A stretch of 64,000 nucleotides of DNA from Ostreococcus lucimarinus (taxonomy: Eukaryota). A program made the translations under genes and the position numbers. The notes beneath the pieces are model-generated. The model was given only the letters and a program-made list of their open reading frames with translations. It made no database searches and was not told the origin of the DNA. This document shows positions 1 to 10,731 of the stretch, in pieces. The DNA lies in the NCBI GenBank assembly GCA_000092065.1, contig CP000583.1, one strand, 5' to 3'. The first letter of the stretch is position 1. Each line of letters starts with the position of its first letter.

Positions 1-169
1 TCAGATCGATCGCGATCGACCGCGCGCGGTCGCGTCTCATCGTCGCATCCCTCCGTTCGTACACCTCACCGTTCGATCGCGCGCTCGTCGCCCCGACCAT
101 CGAATCCATCGAGAATGTTTTGGATAATCCAACCGCGAGGGAACACGATGTGAGGCGCCGTCGCGGGCG

Positions 170-400
170 CGCGCGTCGTCGGTCGGTCGACGCACCGACC
201 GCGCGTTCGTTCGCGTTCGTTCGCGTTCGTTCGCGCTCGTTCGCGCTCGTTCGCGCTCGCGCTCGCCGTCGACCGCGTCGCGCTGTCGCGCCGCGTCCCG
301 TCGCCGCCGCGTCGCCTCGGCGTCGCCTCGCCTCGCCTCGACGCGTCGGCGGTCGGCGGTCGGCGGTCGGTCGGTCGGGACGCGCGCGCGCGCGGACCGC
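170..400. repeat. GC-rich simple-sequence tract: (CGTTCG)n, (CGCTCGTT)n, (GCCTCG)n, (GGTCGGC)n in 5' flank of first gene
   Basis: Directly visible tandem short units (cgcgttcgttcg x3, cgcgctcgttcg x3, gcctcgcctcg, cggcggtcggcggtcgg). Confidence 0.7.
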
Positions 401-1114
401 GATCGCGATCGATCGCCGCTGTGTGCGCGTCGAAACCGCGATCTCGATCTCGATCGCGCGATCGATAAAAGATAAAAACGCCATCGACGCGAGGGTTCGG
501 AGGGGAACGACCTCGCGCGCGGACGCCGCACTCGGCGGACGCGGCGCGATGACGCGCGCGTCGAAGCGAAAGGCGGCGGCGCCCGTGGCGACGACGAAAG
601 CGGGTGCGCGCGGTGCGATGCGCGCGCGATCGCGCGCGCGAGAGACGGGCGCGAGAGACGGGCGAAAAGTCGAACGATGATGGAAACGATGCGTCGCGCG
701 CGCGCGAACGACGACGCGAACGGGGGGGCGAGGGACGACGAACGGGCGCGCGCGGGCGCGTCGAGCGAAGACTGACGAGCGATTCGCCATCTTGACGCGA
801 AATAGTGGCGTTGAAAGAGAAAAAGGGCAAGGTAGGCGCGCGATTCGGTCGAGTTCGAGACGCACTTGAAACGGTGCAAATGCGCGTTGAAGGCGAAGAC
901 GACGACCGATGTCTTGCGGATGCAGCGTCGCGAGGCGCGGTCGCGCGCGAATGGTGTGGGAAAAATATGTGCAAACGCGACGACGACTGACGATTAACGC
1001 GACGAACGCGCGCAGGCATCGGTGAAGAGTGCCGGAAAACAAACGGCGAACGACACTGCGACGTCGAAGCGCAGGACGAGCGACGACCCTTACGACTTCG
1101 ATGTGGATCAGGAA

Positions 1115-1811
1115 ATGTACGGTGTGACCGTAAAATGGGTCAATAAGGGACAAACGACGTCGGAGTGGAAGTTTACGGTGCCGGTACGTCGAGTTCGCGC
1201 GCGTCGACGATGAACGCGTAAACCCTAATCTGTCTTTGAACCCTAGACTAACCGCCGACGCCCTCGAACAGACCGACGCGACGGTGGACGCCTTGCGCGG
1301 CATGGTGCATGAGACCACGGGGGGTGTTTTGACTAAAGATAATATCACTTTGAAGCATAAGAGTCGAACGATGGAACCCACTGACGCGCAGTTGGGATCT
1401 TTTGGAGTCCGCGATGGCTCAGACATCGTGCTCATCCTGAACAACGACGGCCAAGGCGTACCCGCGGCACCAACCATGGTGAACACGCAATTTCCGGGTG
1501 AACCCGTGGCGAAGAAGTCCAAAAAAGCGAAGGATAAGGGTGGCGACAAGAAGCGAGAGCGTTTCTCTCAGAGTGAGGCTGAAGATTTGATCAAGGGAGT
1601 TCAATTGTTTGGTTTGGGGCAGTGGGCGCACATTAAAAGTTCCTTTTTCCAGGACACCTCTCGTAGCGGCGTCGACTTGAAGGACAAGTGGCGCAATCTC
1701 GTAACCGCTTCCGAACGACCGCCTGGTTTCAAGTTTCGTGTGGAGTATCTTAACGACGCTTCGTTTTTGGCCCGCGTCGCGCAAGTGAACGCCGAATCTC
1801 AAGCAAAGTGA
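1115..1811 (+). CDS. Ubiquitin-like domain + C-terminal telobox-type Myb/SANT protein (TRF-like telomere-repeat-binding family); 2 exons, intron about 1184..1271 (GTACGT donor, cag acceptor; acceptor could alternatively be at 1246)
   Basis: Exon1 MYGVTVKWVNKGQTTSEWKFTVP joined to TDATVDALRGMVHETTGGVLTKDNITLKHKSRTMEPTDAQLGSFGVRDGSDIVLIL gives a ubiquitin-fold pattern; C-term RFSQSEAEDLIKGVQLFGLGQWAHIKSSFFQDTSRSGVDLKDKWRNLV carries the telobox hallmark VDLKDKWRNL. Confidence 0.5.
1184..1271 (+). other. Intron of the Ubl-Myb gene containing telomere-repeat-like motifs (AAACCCTAA 1220-1228; AACCCTAG 1239-1246)
   Basis: ccg|GTACGTcgag...gcgtAAACCCTAAtctgtctttgAACCCTAGactaaccgccgacgccctcgaaCAG|acc. 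Confidence 0.5.
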
Positions 1812-1869
1812 GCTGAGACTAATACGCGCGTGTCGGTAACAATGTTCGAAAATGTAAAACTTTACAACA

Positions 1870-2652
1870 TCACCCTATGGGCTTGTTTTCCATCCCTTCC
1901 ATCGGCGTGTCTTCGCTCGCCGTCTTCGCTCGCTTCGCTTCCTTTGTTCCGTCCTCTTGGAATTTCCCTTCGAGCTCGAATCGCGCTATTGACTTCTTTT
2001 GGAAGTTCACAACCGACGCCGTGGCGTCGACGATGAACGCTATAGATTCTAAATACTCTTCCTCAGTCAACGCACCGGTCGTGGAGCACCCGACTATGGC
2101 GATTTCCTCCTTTTCTCTATACTTGCTCAGCGCGCACGCGCGCACCACCGCCCTCGCTTCGTTTTCCTCTCGCTTCGTCGGGTCGATCACCTTCGTCCCA
2201 TCGCTCAATATCGCGCACGCATTCGCACATATCAACCCATGCATGGCCACATCCGCGTCTATGAGCGCGCAACAAAGCGCGTTCACGCACGCCGCCTCGG
2301 CGTTACCGTCGTCGCTCACGATTCGCGCCGTCGCTCGCAAGCCGAGTCTCGGAAAATCATACCGCACCACCGTCGCCTCGATCGCCCCTCGCACGCGCGC
2401 TTCGCACGCTCTTTCTTCCTCTCTCGTCATCCCGCTCGCGCTCGTGAGTTCAAACTCCACGATCCCGCGCTCGACCTCTTCGCGCCAAGGTTTCACTTTT
2501 TGCGGCCCGTGCACGGTGGCGACGACGATCGTACCGTCGATGGCGTACTCCGCGCTCCCGTGCGCGCCCGCGACGTAGTGTCGGTGCAAGCGTTGTCTTC
2601 GCAGCATCTCGCTCGAGCGTCCATCGCCCCGGAGCGCGGTCGCGGGCGCCAT
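1870..2652 (-). CDS. Exosome complex RNase PH-like subunit, Rrp46/EXOSC5-like
   Basis: GSAEYAIDGTIVVATVHGP; LRATARIVSDDGNAEAACVNALCCALIDADVAMHGL; SDGTKVIDPTKREENEARAVV matches the EXOSC5 C-terminal pattern (LVLDPTSKQEKEARAVL). Confidence 0.65.
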   Translation of the reverse strand: MAPATALRGDGRSSEMLRRQRLHRHYVAGAHGSAEYAIDGTIVVATVHGPQKVKPWREEVERGIVEFELTSASGMTREEERACEARVRGAIEATVVRYDFPRLGLRATARIVSDDGNAEAACVNALCCALIDADVAMHGLICANACAILSDGTKVIDPTKREENEARAVVRACALSKYREKEEIAIVGCSTTGALTEEEYLESIAFIVDATASVVNFQKKSIARFELEGKFQEDGTKEAKRAKTASEDTPMEGMENKPIG

Positions 2653-3193
2653 GCGCGTCGAGCGCGTCGCCGTGTGACGCCGCGCGTTCGGGCAGTTTCC
2701 GGACGGTCGCGTCGTCGTCGCGCGTCGTCGTCACGCGCGTCGTCGAGTCGATTGAATCTGATCTTAATACAACACGTCCCAACGCGGCGCGACGCGCGAC
2801 GCGCGTCGTCGTCGTCGCGCTCGGCGTTTGGTTCGCCCTCACTTTCCTACGATGGGATCGAACAACGACTGATACACCAACGCCGCCGGTTGCATCACCA
2901 CCCCGATGAACAACTGGCTCCCCGCGAACACGACGAACTGAAACCACCCGGGCGGCTTGCCCGTGCGCTCGTCCACCGGCCACCACGGCTCCGGGGCGTC
3001 GGGCTTCGGGACGTAGTTGATCAAGTTTTTCGTCGACCCGCCTCGTCCCTTTGATCCCTTTGACGACGACGACGACGTCTTCGTCCCGCCCTTGGACGTC
3101 GTCGCGCGTCGCACCGCGCGCGCGCCGCGTCGCGGAACGCGCGCCGTCGTCGCGATCGCGCGAGGCGGTGCGCGCGCGCGCGCGACGGACGCC

Positions 3194-4645
3194 ATGGCGT
3201 CGCGAAGTGCAGACCGTTCGCGTCGCGTTCGCGTCACGTCGCGACGCGACCTCGACGGCGCGGCGACGATGACGGCGTCGACGGTGCGGATAGAGATGGA
3301 CGCGCGCGTCGGCGCGGGCGATCGCGCGCTGCGCGCGTTCGCGTCGTCGAGCGGGCAAAGTCGAGGCGCGAGGACGCGCGGGACGGTGACGACGACGAAC
3401 GATGACGACGACGACGACGACCCGCGGTGGGTGGTGTGCTCGGGACGACCGTTTCGCGGACGCGTGCGCGTTATCGCGGACGCGAACGCGCTCGCATCGT
3501 TGGTCGTGGAGCGGGTGACGGTGGAGTGGGTGGGACGCGAACGCGTGGGCGCGGAGGAGCGAAGCGTCGCGCGGTCGCCGCCGGGCGAGGTGGCGCGCGC
3601 GCTGACGCTCGAGCCTGGAAGCACGGTGGGGCTGAAGTTTGGCATTGATTTACCTCCGGGATTAGCGCCGAGTTTTCGAGGCGAGCACTCGAGGTATTGG
3701 TATCGCGTGACGTGCAAGGCGACGACGGCGAGCGGGGAGACGCTCGAGGCGAGCGCGCCGTTGACGGTTCGCGCGGGGGATTGGGATCTTGAACGCCGGG
3801 GAGAAGATGACGGTGAATTGTGTGACGATGTGGGCGATGATGATGATGTAGGCGAGATGCGAGAGACGTACAGCGCGCGTGATTTAACTGCGCCGTGGAT
3901 ACACATCGAGGACACCGTGCCGCCCGAGTCGCCGCGATTCAACGGTTCACTAGCGTCGCCTCGCGCTTTGCAGATGTGGGGAGACGTCGAACCGCAGGTG
4001 AGGACACCTCGCGAAAGCTCGACACCGCAAGCGGGCGAAGGATCGGTGTTCACTCCGCAATCGCACGGGCAGAGAAAAAAATCAAAGGCGTACGTCGTGA
4101 GCATGGGCGAGGATCGACTCGTCAAGGTGACGCTGCGCAAGCCCGCACCTAAGTGCGCGATTGGGGGCGAAGTGGCGGGTATACTCGACTTTACGTGCGC
4201 CGAACCTGGAAAAGCGCGAGCGTCCCATGTGCTCATTACGCTCGAGTCGAGTGAAATTATACACGCAGAGGCCAAGACGGTGCACGGCGGCAAGCCGCCG
4301 GTATATAGGAAAATTTGGGTACAAACGCACGAGCGAGTCGAGCATCTCAATACCTCGAATTTCGCTCTTAATTTACCTGCAAATTCCCCTGGAAGCTTTC
4401 GAACATCAAAAGTTGAGCTCAAGTGGCAGCTCAGATTCGAAATTACGTCAGTTAAGAAGACTCCGGCAGGAGAATTCGCGGCGTTTTTCAAAGGCCAAAA
4501 GCACCAGAGCGAGATTTCGACGCTCGAGTGGATACTTCCTCTCGACGTGGGTACAGATTGGCTGACTAACGTTACGAAAATACCCAAGATTAGCAGTTCG
4601 TCAAAGATTCGGAGAGAGTCATCGTTAGTTGCGATGCATGATTAG
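3194..4645 (+). CDS. RGP1 homolog (RIC1-RGP1 Rab6 GEF complex subunit)
   Basis: GIDLPPGLAPSFRGEHSRYWYRVTCKA and TSKVELKWQLRFEITSV match human RGP1 motifs (PPSFRGQSVKYVYKLT, SLKWRLHFEFVTS); strong GC3 on + strand. The overlapping 582-aa Ser-rich minus ORF is judged antisense artefact; ORF-track start 3017 is a TTG, first in-frame ATG is 3194. Confidence 0.6.
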   Translation: MASRSADRSRRVRVTSRRDLDGAATMTASTVRIEMDARVGAGDRALRAFASSSGQSRGARTRGTVTTTNDDDDDDDPRWVVCSGRPFRGRVRVIADANALASLVVERVTVEWVGRERVGAEERSVARSPPGEVARALTLEPGSTVGLKFGIDLPPGLAPSFRGEHSRYWYRVTCKATTASGETLEASAPLTVRAGDWDLERRGEDDGELCDDVGDDDDVGEMRETYSARDLTAPWIHIEDTVPPESPRFNGSLASPRALQMWGDVEPQVRTPRESSTPQAGEGSVFTPQSHGQRKKSKAYVVSMGEDRLVKVTLRKPAPKCAIGGEVAGILDFTCAEPGKARASHVLITLESSEIIHAEAKTVHGGKPPVYRKIWVQTHERVEHLNTSNFALNLPANSPGSFRTSKVELKWQLRFEITSVKKTPAGEFAAFFKGQKHQSEISTLEWILPLDVGTDWLTNVTKIPKISSSSKIRRESSLVAMHD

Positions 4646-4692
4646 CGATGCGATGCGCTATTAGCACTACTTGTGATTATAAACACGAGAAT

Positions 4693-7113
4693 TTAGGCAG
4701 TCGGCGCTCCCGCCGCGACATTTGACCACAACTCGTTGAACGCGTCTGAATTGGTGGAGACGACGCCAAACTTTTCCATTTGCACGGCGTACTCCTTGGC
4801 GTCTAAATATAGCTGACGACAAATCTTGTCTGTGTCGCCCACACCCGTGCTGCTAGTTTTCCCTTGTCGATCTTTAAGACGATTCAGACTTGCCTCAGTC
4901 TTCTTGACCGTCGCCACAAGATCGCTCGCCATTTCAGCGTATCTTTCAGACACGGAATCTACGACCTTATCGACTATTTCTTGTCTCGAAGTCTTAGAAA
5001 ACATTTTTGTGCGCTCATTATCCAAAAATGCTTGCAAGGGAGCGAGAATCGTGGGCACGAAATGACTGTGTCTTGTCGGCATGGGCTTGTTCGTCATGCG
5101 AAATGTGGCGGTGATCCCCTTGAGCTGCTTCAATGATTCAACGCATCTCTCGACGTATACTTTCACGATGAATGCGTCGAGCTGCGGAATAATTTCTTGC
5201 AGCTCGTTTGCGCCTTCTAAGACGCAATCCACCGCGATTTGAGCGGTGTCTTCGCCGAGAATGCTCGTGCTCGCTTTCACGCACGCTGCACCGTCCGAAC
5301 GCACTTTAGCGCACAACTTTTCAACATCCAAGCGCACTAAAATTAACTCATCTCCACCCGCTGTGGCGCCCCAACTAGAAGAAGACGTAACCATGGTGAC
5401 TTTACCTTCTTCAGCATTCGAATCGGAGCTTTGCTGAACAGATAAAGCCTCGATGCCGGCTTTCACCCAAGTTCTATATCGCGACAACACCTGCGCAAAC
5501 AGTCTAATAAATTTGTCCGTGAGGGCTGGAACGAAGACTTCCTCCGCCATGCATTTCGCCATCGTCAGCCATGTTTGCGTTGTCGGTGTGAGTAAAAATC
5601 CATCGCTCGCTCGCGAGGTATCAAGACCCGGCTCGTTCAGCTCTTCATCGACATCGCAAGCAAACTCTTGGAAGCGCAAATTAAAGTACACCGAAAGATT
5701 CCACCTCTTCATGTACGATTCCAAGTACCTGGACGCCCGGAAATGATTCAATGACGCCATCGTTGGTGCGAGATCTTCTAATATATCCACAAACTTCATC
5801 GCCGCGCGATAGTTCTTGATGAAATCCTGTGGGATTCCCGGCGAGTACGCTTTCTCAAAAGCTGAACTCAGTTGCGAATCAACCTCTGCGAGTACAGTTC
5901 CAGCGAGAAAGTCGTGCGACTGTAGGCCCGATTCGGCGACTCGCGTAAGATCAAGTACGTAAGAGCACGATGTAAGCGCAGTTTCACTTAGTTTTGGCAA
6001 CACTGACGCAAAATCTTCCTCGGCAATCGATTCAAGCGTCTTCTCCACCGCTGGGCGGATCAATACAGTTCGAATCGCGCTTTCCACAACGTCAAACTTC
6101 CCGATCGCGGTGCAACCGTGCAAGCAATGACTTATAACGTTCGCGTTCTTTTCTTTTAAACCATCGATGAGCGCAGTTTGCGCCAAAGAAGTGAGCTTCA
6201 ACTCGCAATACTCGATTCGGTCGGCGAGGTCTCGAATCGCCGAAAGATCTTTTCCTTGCTTTTGGTAAAACTTTAAGCGATTTACTTCGCTCGAAATGCG
6301 ATCGAGCATCCGCGCGCGCTCGTTCACATCTCCACTGATGTGCTCTCGATGCATATCGTCCGTTTCAGCTCCGCTCGGCGTCGCTTGATCGTCCTCAAAC
6401 GCTGGAGCCAACATCTCCAAGCCTTCGCGATCCTCCGCGCCGATCACCACCGAGGCGAGTAAGTCTCCAGCTCTCTCCCCACCCGTCGCACCATCGCTCG
6501 CCGATGACTTTCCACCGACGACATCTAACTCTCCGAGCAATCGCTCAACCTTTGAAACCGTATGTCCGCACTCATCCGCCAGGCGCTTGCTCGCGCTCGC
6601 GCGCGCCTGCGCCTCTCGCTCCTCCGCGCTCGCCTCCAACCGTTCCAGCGCTCGCACGATTTCCTCCCTCCCCTCGCTCACCTCTCGTTTCGTCTCAATC
6701 TGTCCCGGCATTATTTTATCCCTCAACTCCGCGTAATCCCTCAGATCATCCCCGAGCGACGCAAACTCCTCGTAGTTTTCGTTCACCAGTCGCTCCAGCG
6801 CCTCGCGCGTCTCCCGCTCGTGCCCGTCCAGCGCCTCCCTCAGCGTTTCCGATCCCACGAACGTCGTGATCTCCTCCACGTACTCCCACGGATCGAAATC
6901 ATCCCTCTCGAACGCCCGCGCGTCGAACCACGTCGGCCTTCCATCGCGCGCGTCGTCGAGATCGCCCGTCCCGTTCGCCTTCGCGACGCTCGCGTCGTCG
7001 TCGTCGTCGTCGTCGTCGTCCCGCCGTCGTCGTATGCGCACGTCCTCGTCGTCGCTCGACGTCGTCGTCGTCGTTCGCGCGTCGTCCTCGTCGCCGTCCA
7101 TCGCCGCCGTCAT
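4693..7113 (-). CDS. COG2: Conserved oligomeric Golgi complex subunit 2 (COG2)
   Basis: N-terminus FDARAFERDDFDPWEYVEEITTFVGSETLREALDGHERETREALERLVNENYEEFASLGDDLRDYAELRDKI matches the COG2 N-terminal domain pattern (F..D.F.....L...L...L......LIN.dY.dFv.L...L). Confidence 0.7.
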   Translation of the reverse strand: MTAAMDGDEDDARTTTTTSSDDEDVRIRRRRDDDDDDDDDASVAKANGTGDLDDARDGRPTWFDARAFERDDFDPWEYVEEITTFVGSETLREALDGHERETREALERLVNENYEEFASLGDDLRDYAELRDKIMPGQIETKREVSEGREEIVRALERLEASAEEREAQARASASKRLADECGHTVSKVERLLGELDVVGGKSSASDGATGGERAGDLLASVVIGAEDREGLEMLAPAFEDDQATPSGAETDDMHREHISGDVNERARMLDRISSEVNRLKFYQKQGKDLSAIRDLADRIEYCELKLTSLAQTALIDGLKEKNANVISHCLHGCTAIGKFDVVESAIRTVLIRPAVEKTLESIAEEDFASVLPKLSETALTSCSYVLDLTRVAESGLQSHDFLAGTVLAEVDSQLSSAFEKAYSPGIPQDFIKNYRAAMKFVDILEDLAPTMASLNHFRASRYLESYMKRWNLSVYFNLRFQEFACDVDEELNEPGLDTSRASDGFLLTPTTQTWLTMAKCMAEEVFVPALTDKFIRLFAQVLSRYRTWVKAGIEALSVQQSSDSNAEEGKVTMVTSSSSWGATAGGDELILVRLDVEKLCAKVRSDGAACVKASTSILGEDTAQIAVDCVLEGANELQEIIPQLDAFIVKVYVERCVESLKQLKGITATFRMTNKPMPTRHSHFVPTILAPLQAFLDNERTKMFSKTSRQEIVDKVVDSVSERYAEMASDLVATVKKTEASLNRLKDRQGKTSSTGVGDTDKICRQLYLDAKEYAVQMEKFGVVSTNSDAFNELWSNVAAGAPTA

Positions 7114-7182
7114 CTATCGCGCGCCGCGTCGCGCGGCGTCGACGCGCGTCGCGTCGTCGCGCGCGCGCGCGACATCCAATCC

Positions 7183-7292
7183 GTCACCACGAAACCCCGT
7201 CCCGCGTCGCGCTCTTCGCGTCACCACGAAACCCCGTCCCGCGTCGCGCGTCGCGTCACCACGAAACCCCGTCCCGCGTCGCGCTCTTCGCG
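7183..7292. repeat. Tandem repeat, about 36-bp unit x3 (GTCACCACGAAACCCCGTCCCGCGTCGCGCTCTTCGC) in the divergent COG2/downstream-gene promoter
   Basis: Copies start at 7183, 7220, 7255; copy 2 has CGCGTCGC in place of CTCTTCGC. Confidence 0.8.
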
Positions 7293-7589
7293 TCGCGAAC
7301 GGGCGAGTCGACCCGACGTCGACGCGCGCGCGCGCGTCGGCGCGTCGGCGCACCGGCGCGCGGCGCCGACGCCGCGTCTCGACGGCGCCGCGTCTCGACG
7401 GCGACGCGCCGACGCGCCGACGGCGCCGACGCGCGACGACCGTCGAGGGCGCGCGCGAACGCGCGCGGGCGAGAACCCGAACGCGCGAGAACCTGAACGA
7501 ATCGTCGCGGGGCGTCGAACCCGCGGACGCGGGACGCGGGACGCGGGACGGCGCGGACGACGATCGGAACGACGACGACGACGACGACG

Positions 7590-8885
7590 ATGGCGGAGGA
7601 CGGCGACGATCCGGGGCTGGTGTCGTTCGATGAGCTGGCGAGCGTGGGGACGATGCGGGCGGAGGACGCGCCGCGAGGGTCGTCGCCGGCGGCGAACGAG
7701 GAGGATAGTTTCGGGAGCGCGACGAGCGAGGGGCAGGCGTCGCCGGCGCCGACGATGATGAGGAGCGTGTTGACGCGGAAACCGTCGGTGGCGGCGCTGA
7801 AGGCGATGTTGATGAGCGAGCGGGATGAGGAAGGGGCGGGGGAGGGGAGCGAGACGGACGAGGACGAGGGGGTGTGCTCGCTCAGCGAGTTCGCGATGGT
7901 GTTGAACGCGGCGGCGTGGGTGAGTGTTGACGATGCGCGCGCGCGCTTTTGGGAAATGAATCGTTGTTTGGACCCGTACTGACGTTTTTGACGCGCGTAG
8001 GACGATGCATCGGTCGGGGCGTTGGGCGTCGAAGTCATCGTGAAGCAGCTCGAACTCTTGCGAGGGAAAATCGCGCCAGAGGCGTCTCTGAGCAGCATGT
8101 TGGGGTTTGATCTCGCGGAAGACTTGTCGGTACGCGCTAACAGCGCTGGTATGGTGAGCGTAGGTGCGATCGGAAACGTTCTCTACCGCGGTTTGTCGCG
8201 ATCACGGAGCGTGGCGACGCTCTCGAGCGACCGGGAAAGATTTGAAGACATCCTCGATCGACGCGCGGTGAAGAATATATCAAAGGTGCTCGGTGGAGGC
8301 GATGAAGACGCGATCATCACTTCTGAGGATCTTAAAGCTAAGCTAGATTACTATGGAGTGCGATCAAGCATGACGGACATCATTTCCATCATGACACAAG
8401 CCGACATCGAGAGCACGGGCGTGGTCAAGGTTGGGGATCTCAGTCGGTTGTTGGCGCGAGAGCTCGAGCAGTTGCGAGGTTTGCTCGATGAGAAAGTCGA
8501 TAATTCGAAAAGTGAAAGATTTAGAGTTTCTTTAGACATTGAACGCGACGGCGCAGAAACGAGCAACAGTCTGTTGAAAGGCCAAGCCACCTTTGGCGTA
8601 CTTCAACGGTTTCCGACGGCGCGCAAAGACAGACAAAAGCCGGGGCGTTTGCTGTGGGCGAAAGATGACGAAATGTGCGCGGTGTGTCTATTCGATCGAT
8701 CCGGGACGATGATGGTAGAAGAACAAGGTCAACTGATAGATCTACCCACCAAGCTCGATTATTTCACCGATGTTGCGCGCGATGCAGACACGCGAACCAT
8801 CGTCCATCTTCCCGCGCCGCCGCCTCAGGAACAGGAGAAAAAGAAGGGTGGATTCGCCAGCTTCTTCTGCTGCTTTTCCGCTTGA
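7590..8885 (+). CDS. Hypothetical acidic protein, 2 exons (intron 7920..8000, 81 nt, GTGAGT...TAG, in-frame join)
   Basis: ORFs 7590..7982 and 8022..8885 are in the same frame and joined by a canonical intron (WVSVDD read-through is intronic); exon 2 carries an EF-hand-like pair (ITSEDLKAKLDYYG / TQADIESTGVVKVGDLSRLL). No family recognised. Confidence 0.4.
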
Positions 8886-9024
8886 GCGCTCGCACAGAAC
8901 GATAATTGATGTCAATCTTTCCATCGCACGCATCATAGTATTTATGAATACAAGATTCATTTTGCGCCCGCGCCCCTCCGCTCCGCTCGCGTCCTCACAC
9001 GCGAGCGCGTCGTCATCGTCCATC

Positions 9025-10182
9025 ATGTCTGGGACAGAGCGCGCGCCGGCCGCGGGCGACAACCACCACCTATCGCACACCCGCGGTGATTCTGTATCCT
9101 CGCTGAACGCCGCGTCGTCCACGTCGACGACGCGGCCTTTCGAGATGCGCGACTTTGTCACCGTGGACACAATCGGCGAAGGGTCGTATTCGTCCGTGCG
9201 TGAGGTGTTTCTGGCGAACAAACCCACGGAGAGGTACGCGCTGAAGATAATGGATAAGTCACACATCGTGCGCGAGGGTAAAGCGCGGTACGTGGCGACG
9301 GAGAGGGCGCTCTTGGCTGGACGGTTGGCGGATTGCGACTGCGTCGCGGCGCTGCGGTTTACGTTTCAAGACACTTACTCGCTGTATCTCGGCATGGAAC
9401 TGTGCACGGGGGGAGATTTATATTCACAATTGAAACGCTCGGAAGGCGAGGTGATGACGGAGGAAAAGGCGGTGTTTTATGTGTCCGAGGTGACGCGGGC
9501 GGTGCAACAGTGTCACGCGCGCGGCATCGTGCACAGAGACGTCAAGCCCGAGAACGTTTTGATCGATTCGACTGGTCACGTAAAATTGTGTGACTTCGGT
9601 AGTGCGCTTGATTTACAACCTGTGATGACGAGTGTGCTCACTGCGATCGCGGAACAGGCGGTGAAGAAGGATGCAAAGCATAAGAAGAATCGCTGCGCGT
9701 CCTTCGTTGGCACAGCGGAATACGTGGCGCCAGAAATCTTAGAAGGGTGCGCAGAAACCACCACGGCGGTGGATTTGTGGTCTATCGGAGTGATGACGTT
9801 TCAACTGTTGACCGGACGCGTGCCGTTTAAAGATAAGACGGAGTACTTGACCATGCAAGCCGTGCTCAAGGGGAAGTATGTGTACCCACCCGAGGCAAAC
9901 GTCTCGAGCGCCGCAAAGGATTTCATCGATAAACTCCTCGTTCGAGAGCCCAAGAAACGGCTCGGGTTTGAAGACGAGACGTCTATCCGCAGTCATCCGT
10001 TTTTCGCTTCCGTGAGCGATTGGTCTACGCTCCGAGCACGAAAAGCTCCGAGCGTGCTCACCGCGACTGGCGTCGGTTCCGACGCCACCGTCTCCGAAAG
10101 CGAATCCGAGAGCGATACAGACGACGACGAAGAATGGCGCGCGCGCGTGAACGCCGCGACAGCCGCTTTAGACGCGCTTTAG
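9025..10182 (+). CDS. AGC-family Ser/Thr protein kinase, PDK1-like (3-phosphoinositide-dependent kinase 1 catalytic domain, no PH domain seen)
   Basis: IGEGSYSSV...YALKIMDKSHIVREGKARYVATERALL...HRDVKPENVLIDSTGHVKLCDFGSA...CASFVGTAEYVAPEIL...KRLG...HPFF; colinear with human PDK1 (ILEKRHIIKENKVPYVTRERDVM, ANSFVGTAQYVSPELL). Start trimmed to the ATG after the end of the upstream gene. Confidence 0.7.
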   Translation: MSGTERAPAAGDNHHLSHTRGDSVSSLNAASSTSTTRPFEMRDFVTVDTIGEGSYSSVREVFLANKPTERYALKIMDKSHIVREGKARYVATERALLAGRLADCDCVAALRFTFQDTYSLYLGMELCTGGDLYSQLKRSEGEVMTEEKAVFYVSEVTRAVQQCHARGIVHRDVKPENVLIDSTGHVKLCDFGSALDLQPVMTSVLTAIAEQAVKKDAKHKKNRCASFVGTAEYVAPEILEGCAETTTAVDLWSIGVMTFQLLTGRVPFKDKTEYLTMQAVLKGKYVYPPEANVSSAAKDFIDKLLVREPKKRLGFEDETSIRSHPFFASVSDWSTLRARKAPSVLTATGVGSDATVSESESESDTDDDEEWRARVNAATAALDAL

Positions 10183-10464
10183 CTCACTAGAATCTACGCG
10201 CGTCGTAGTACATTTGTTTGACACCGTCTTCCGCGCCTGCGCCAAGTAAAAACAAACTCACGTCGTCAGCGGTCGAATCGGAGCACAGACTTAAAAATCG
10301 ACCCGCGAGCGAATGAACGAAGAAGCCTCATCATTTTCGAACAGGTTTGGCATCAAACGCGCCGTCGTCGTAAAAACGTCAACGCATATTCTGTTCTAGT
10401 AGCTGTGTTGTGCATCATCGGCTTTCGTCGTTCGCGCCTTTCGCGTCGTCGCGCGTCGCGTCGT

Positions 10465-10495
<31 letters not shown>

Positions 10496-10731
10496 TCGCC
10501 TCGCCTCGCATCGACGCACCTTTCCGTAGACGCATCGCCACCGCGCGCGTCGCGCGATGCCGTCGTCGCCCGTCTCTGTTCCGTGAAAAAGCGCACCGGC
10601 GGCGGCGGCGAACGGGACGATCGCGCGTCACTCAGCGACGCTCGACGCGCGAAACGCGGGATACGGTGAAACGCGCGTCAAAAACCTCGGTCGTAGCCTC
10701 GCGAGCGCGCGTGATCGACGCGAAAGCTGCG

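Noticed and set aside
37-1019. Two overlapping 280/317-aa minus-strand ORFs and a 186-aa plus ORF at the window start
   Set aside because: Poly-Arg/Ser/Ala translations of GCG/CGC-periodic simple-sequence DNA on both strands at once; no domain-like segments. Interpreted as a stop-poor promoter or simple-repeat region.
2839-4587. 582-aa minus-strand ORF overlapping the RGP1-like gene
   Set aside because: Ser-rich low-complexity translation antisense to a plus-strand ORF that has clear RGP1 motifs and proper GC3 codon bias.
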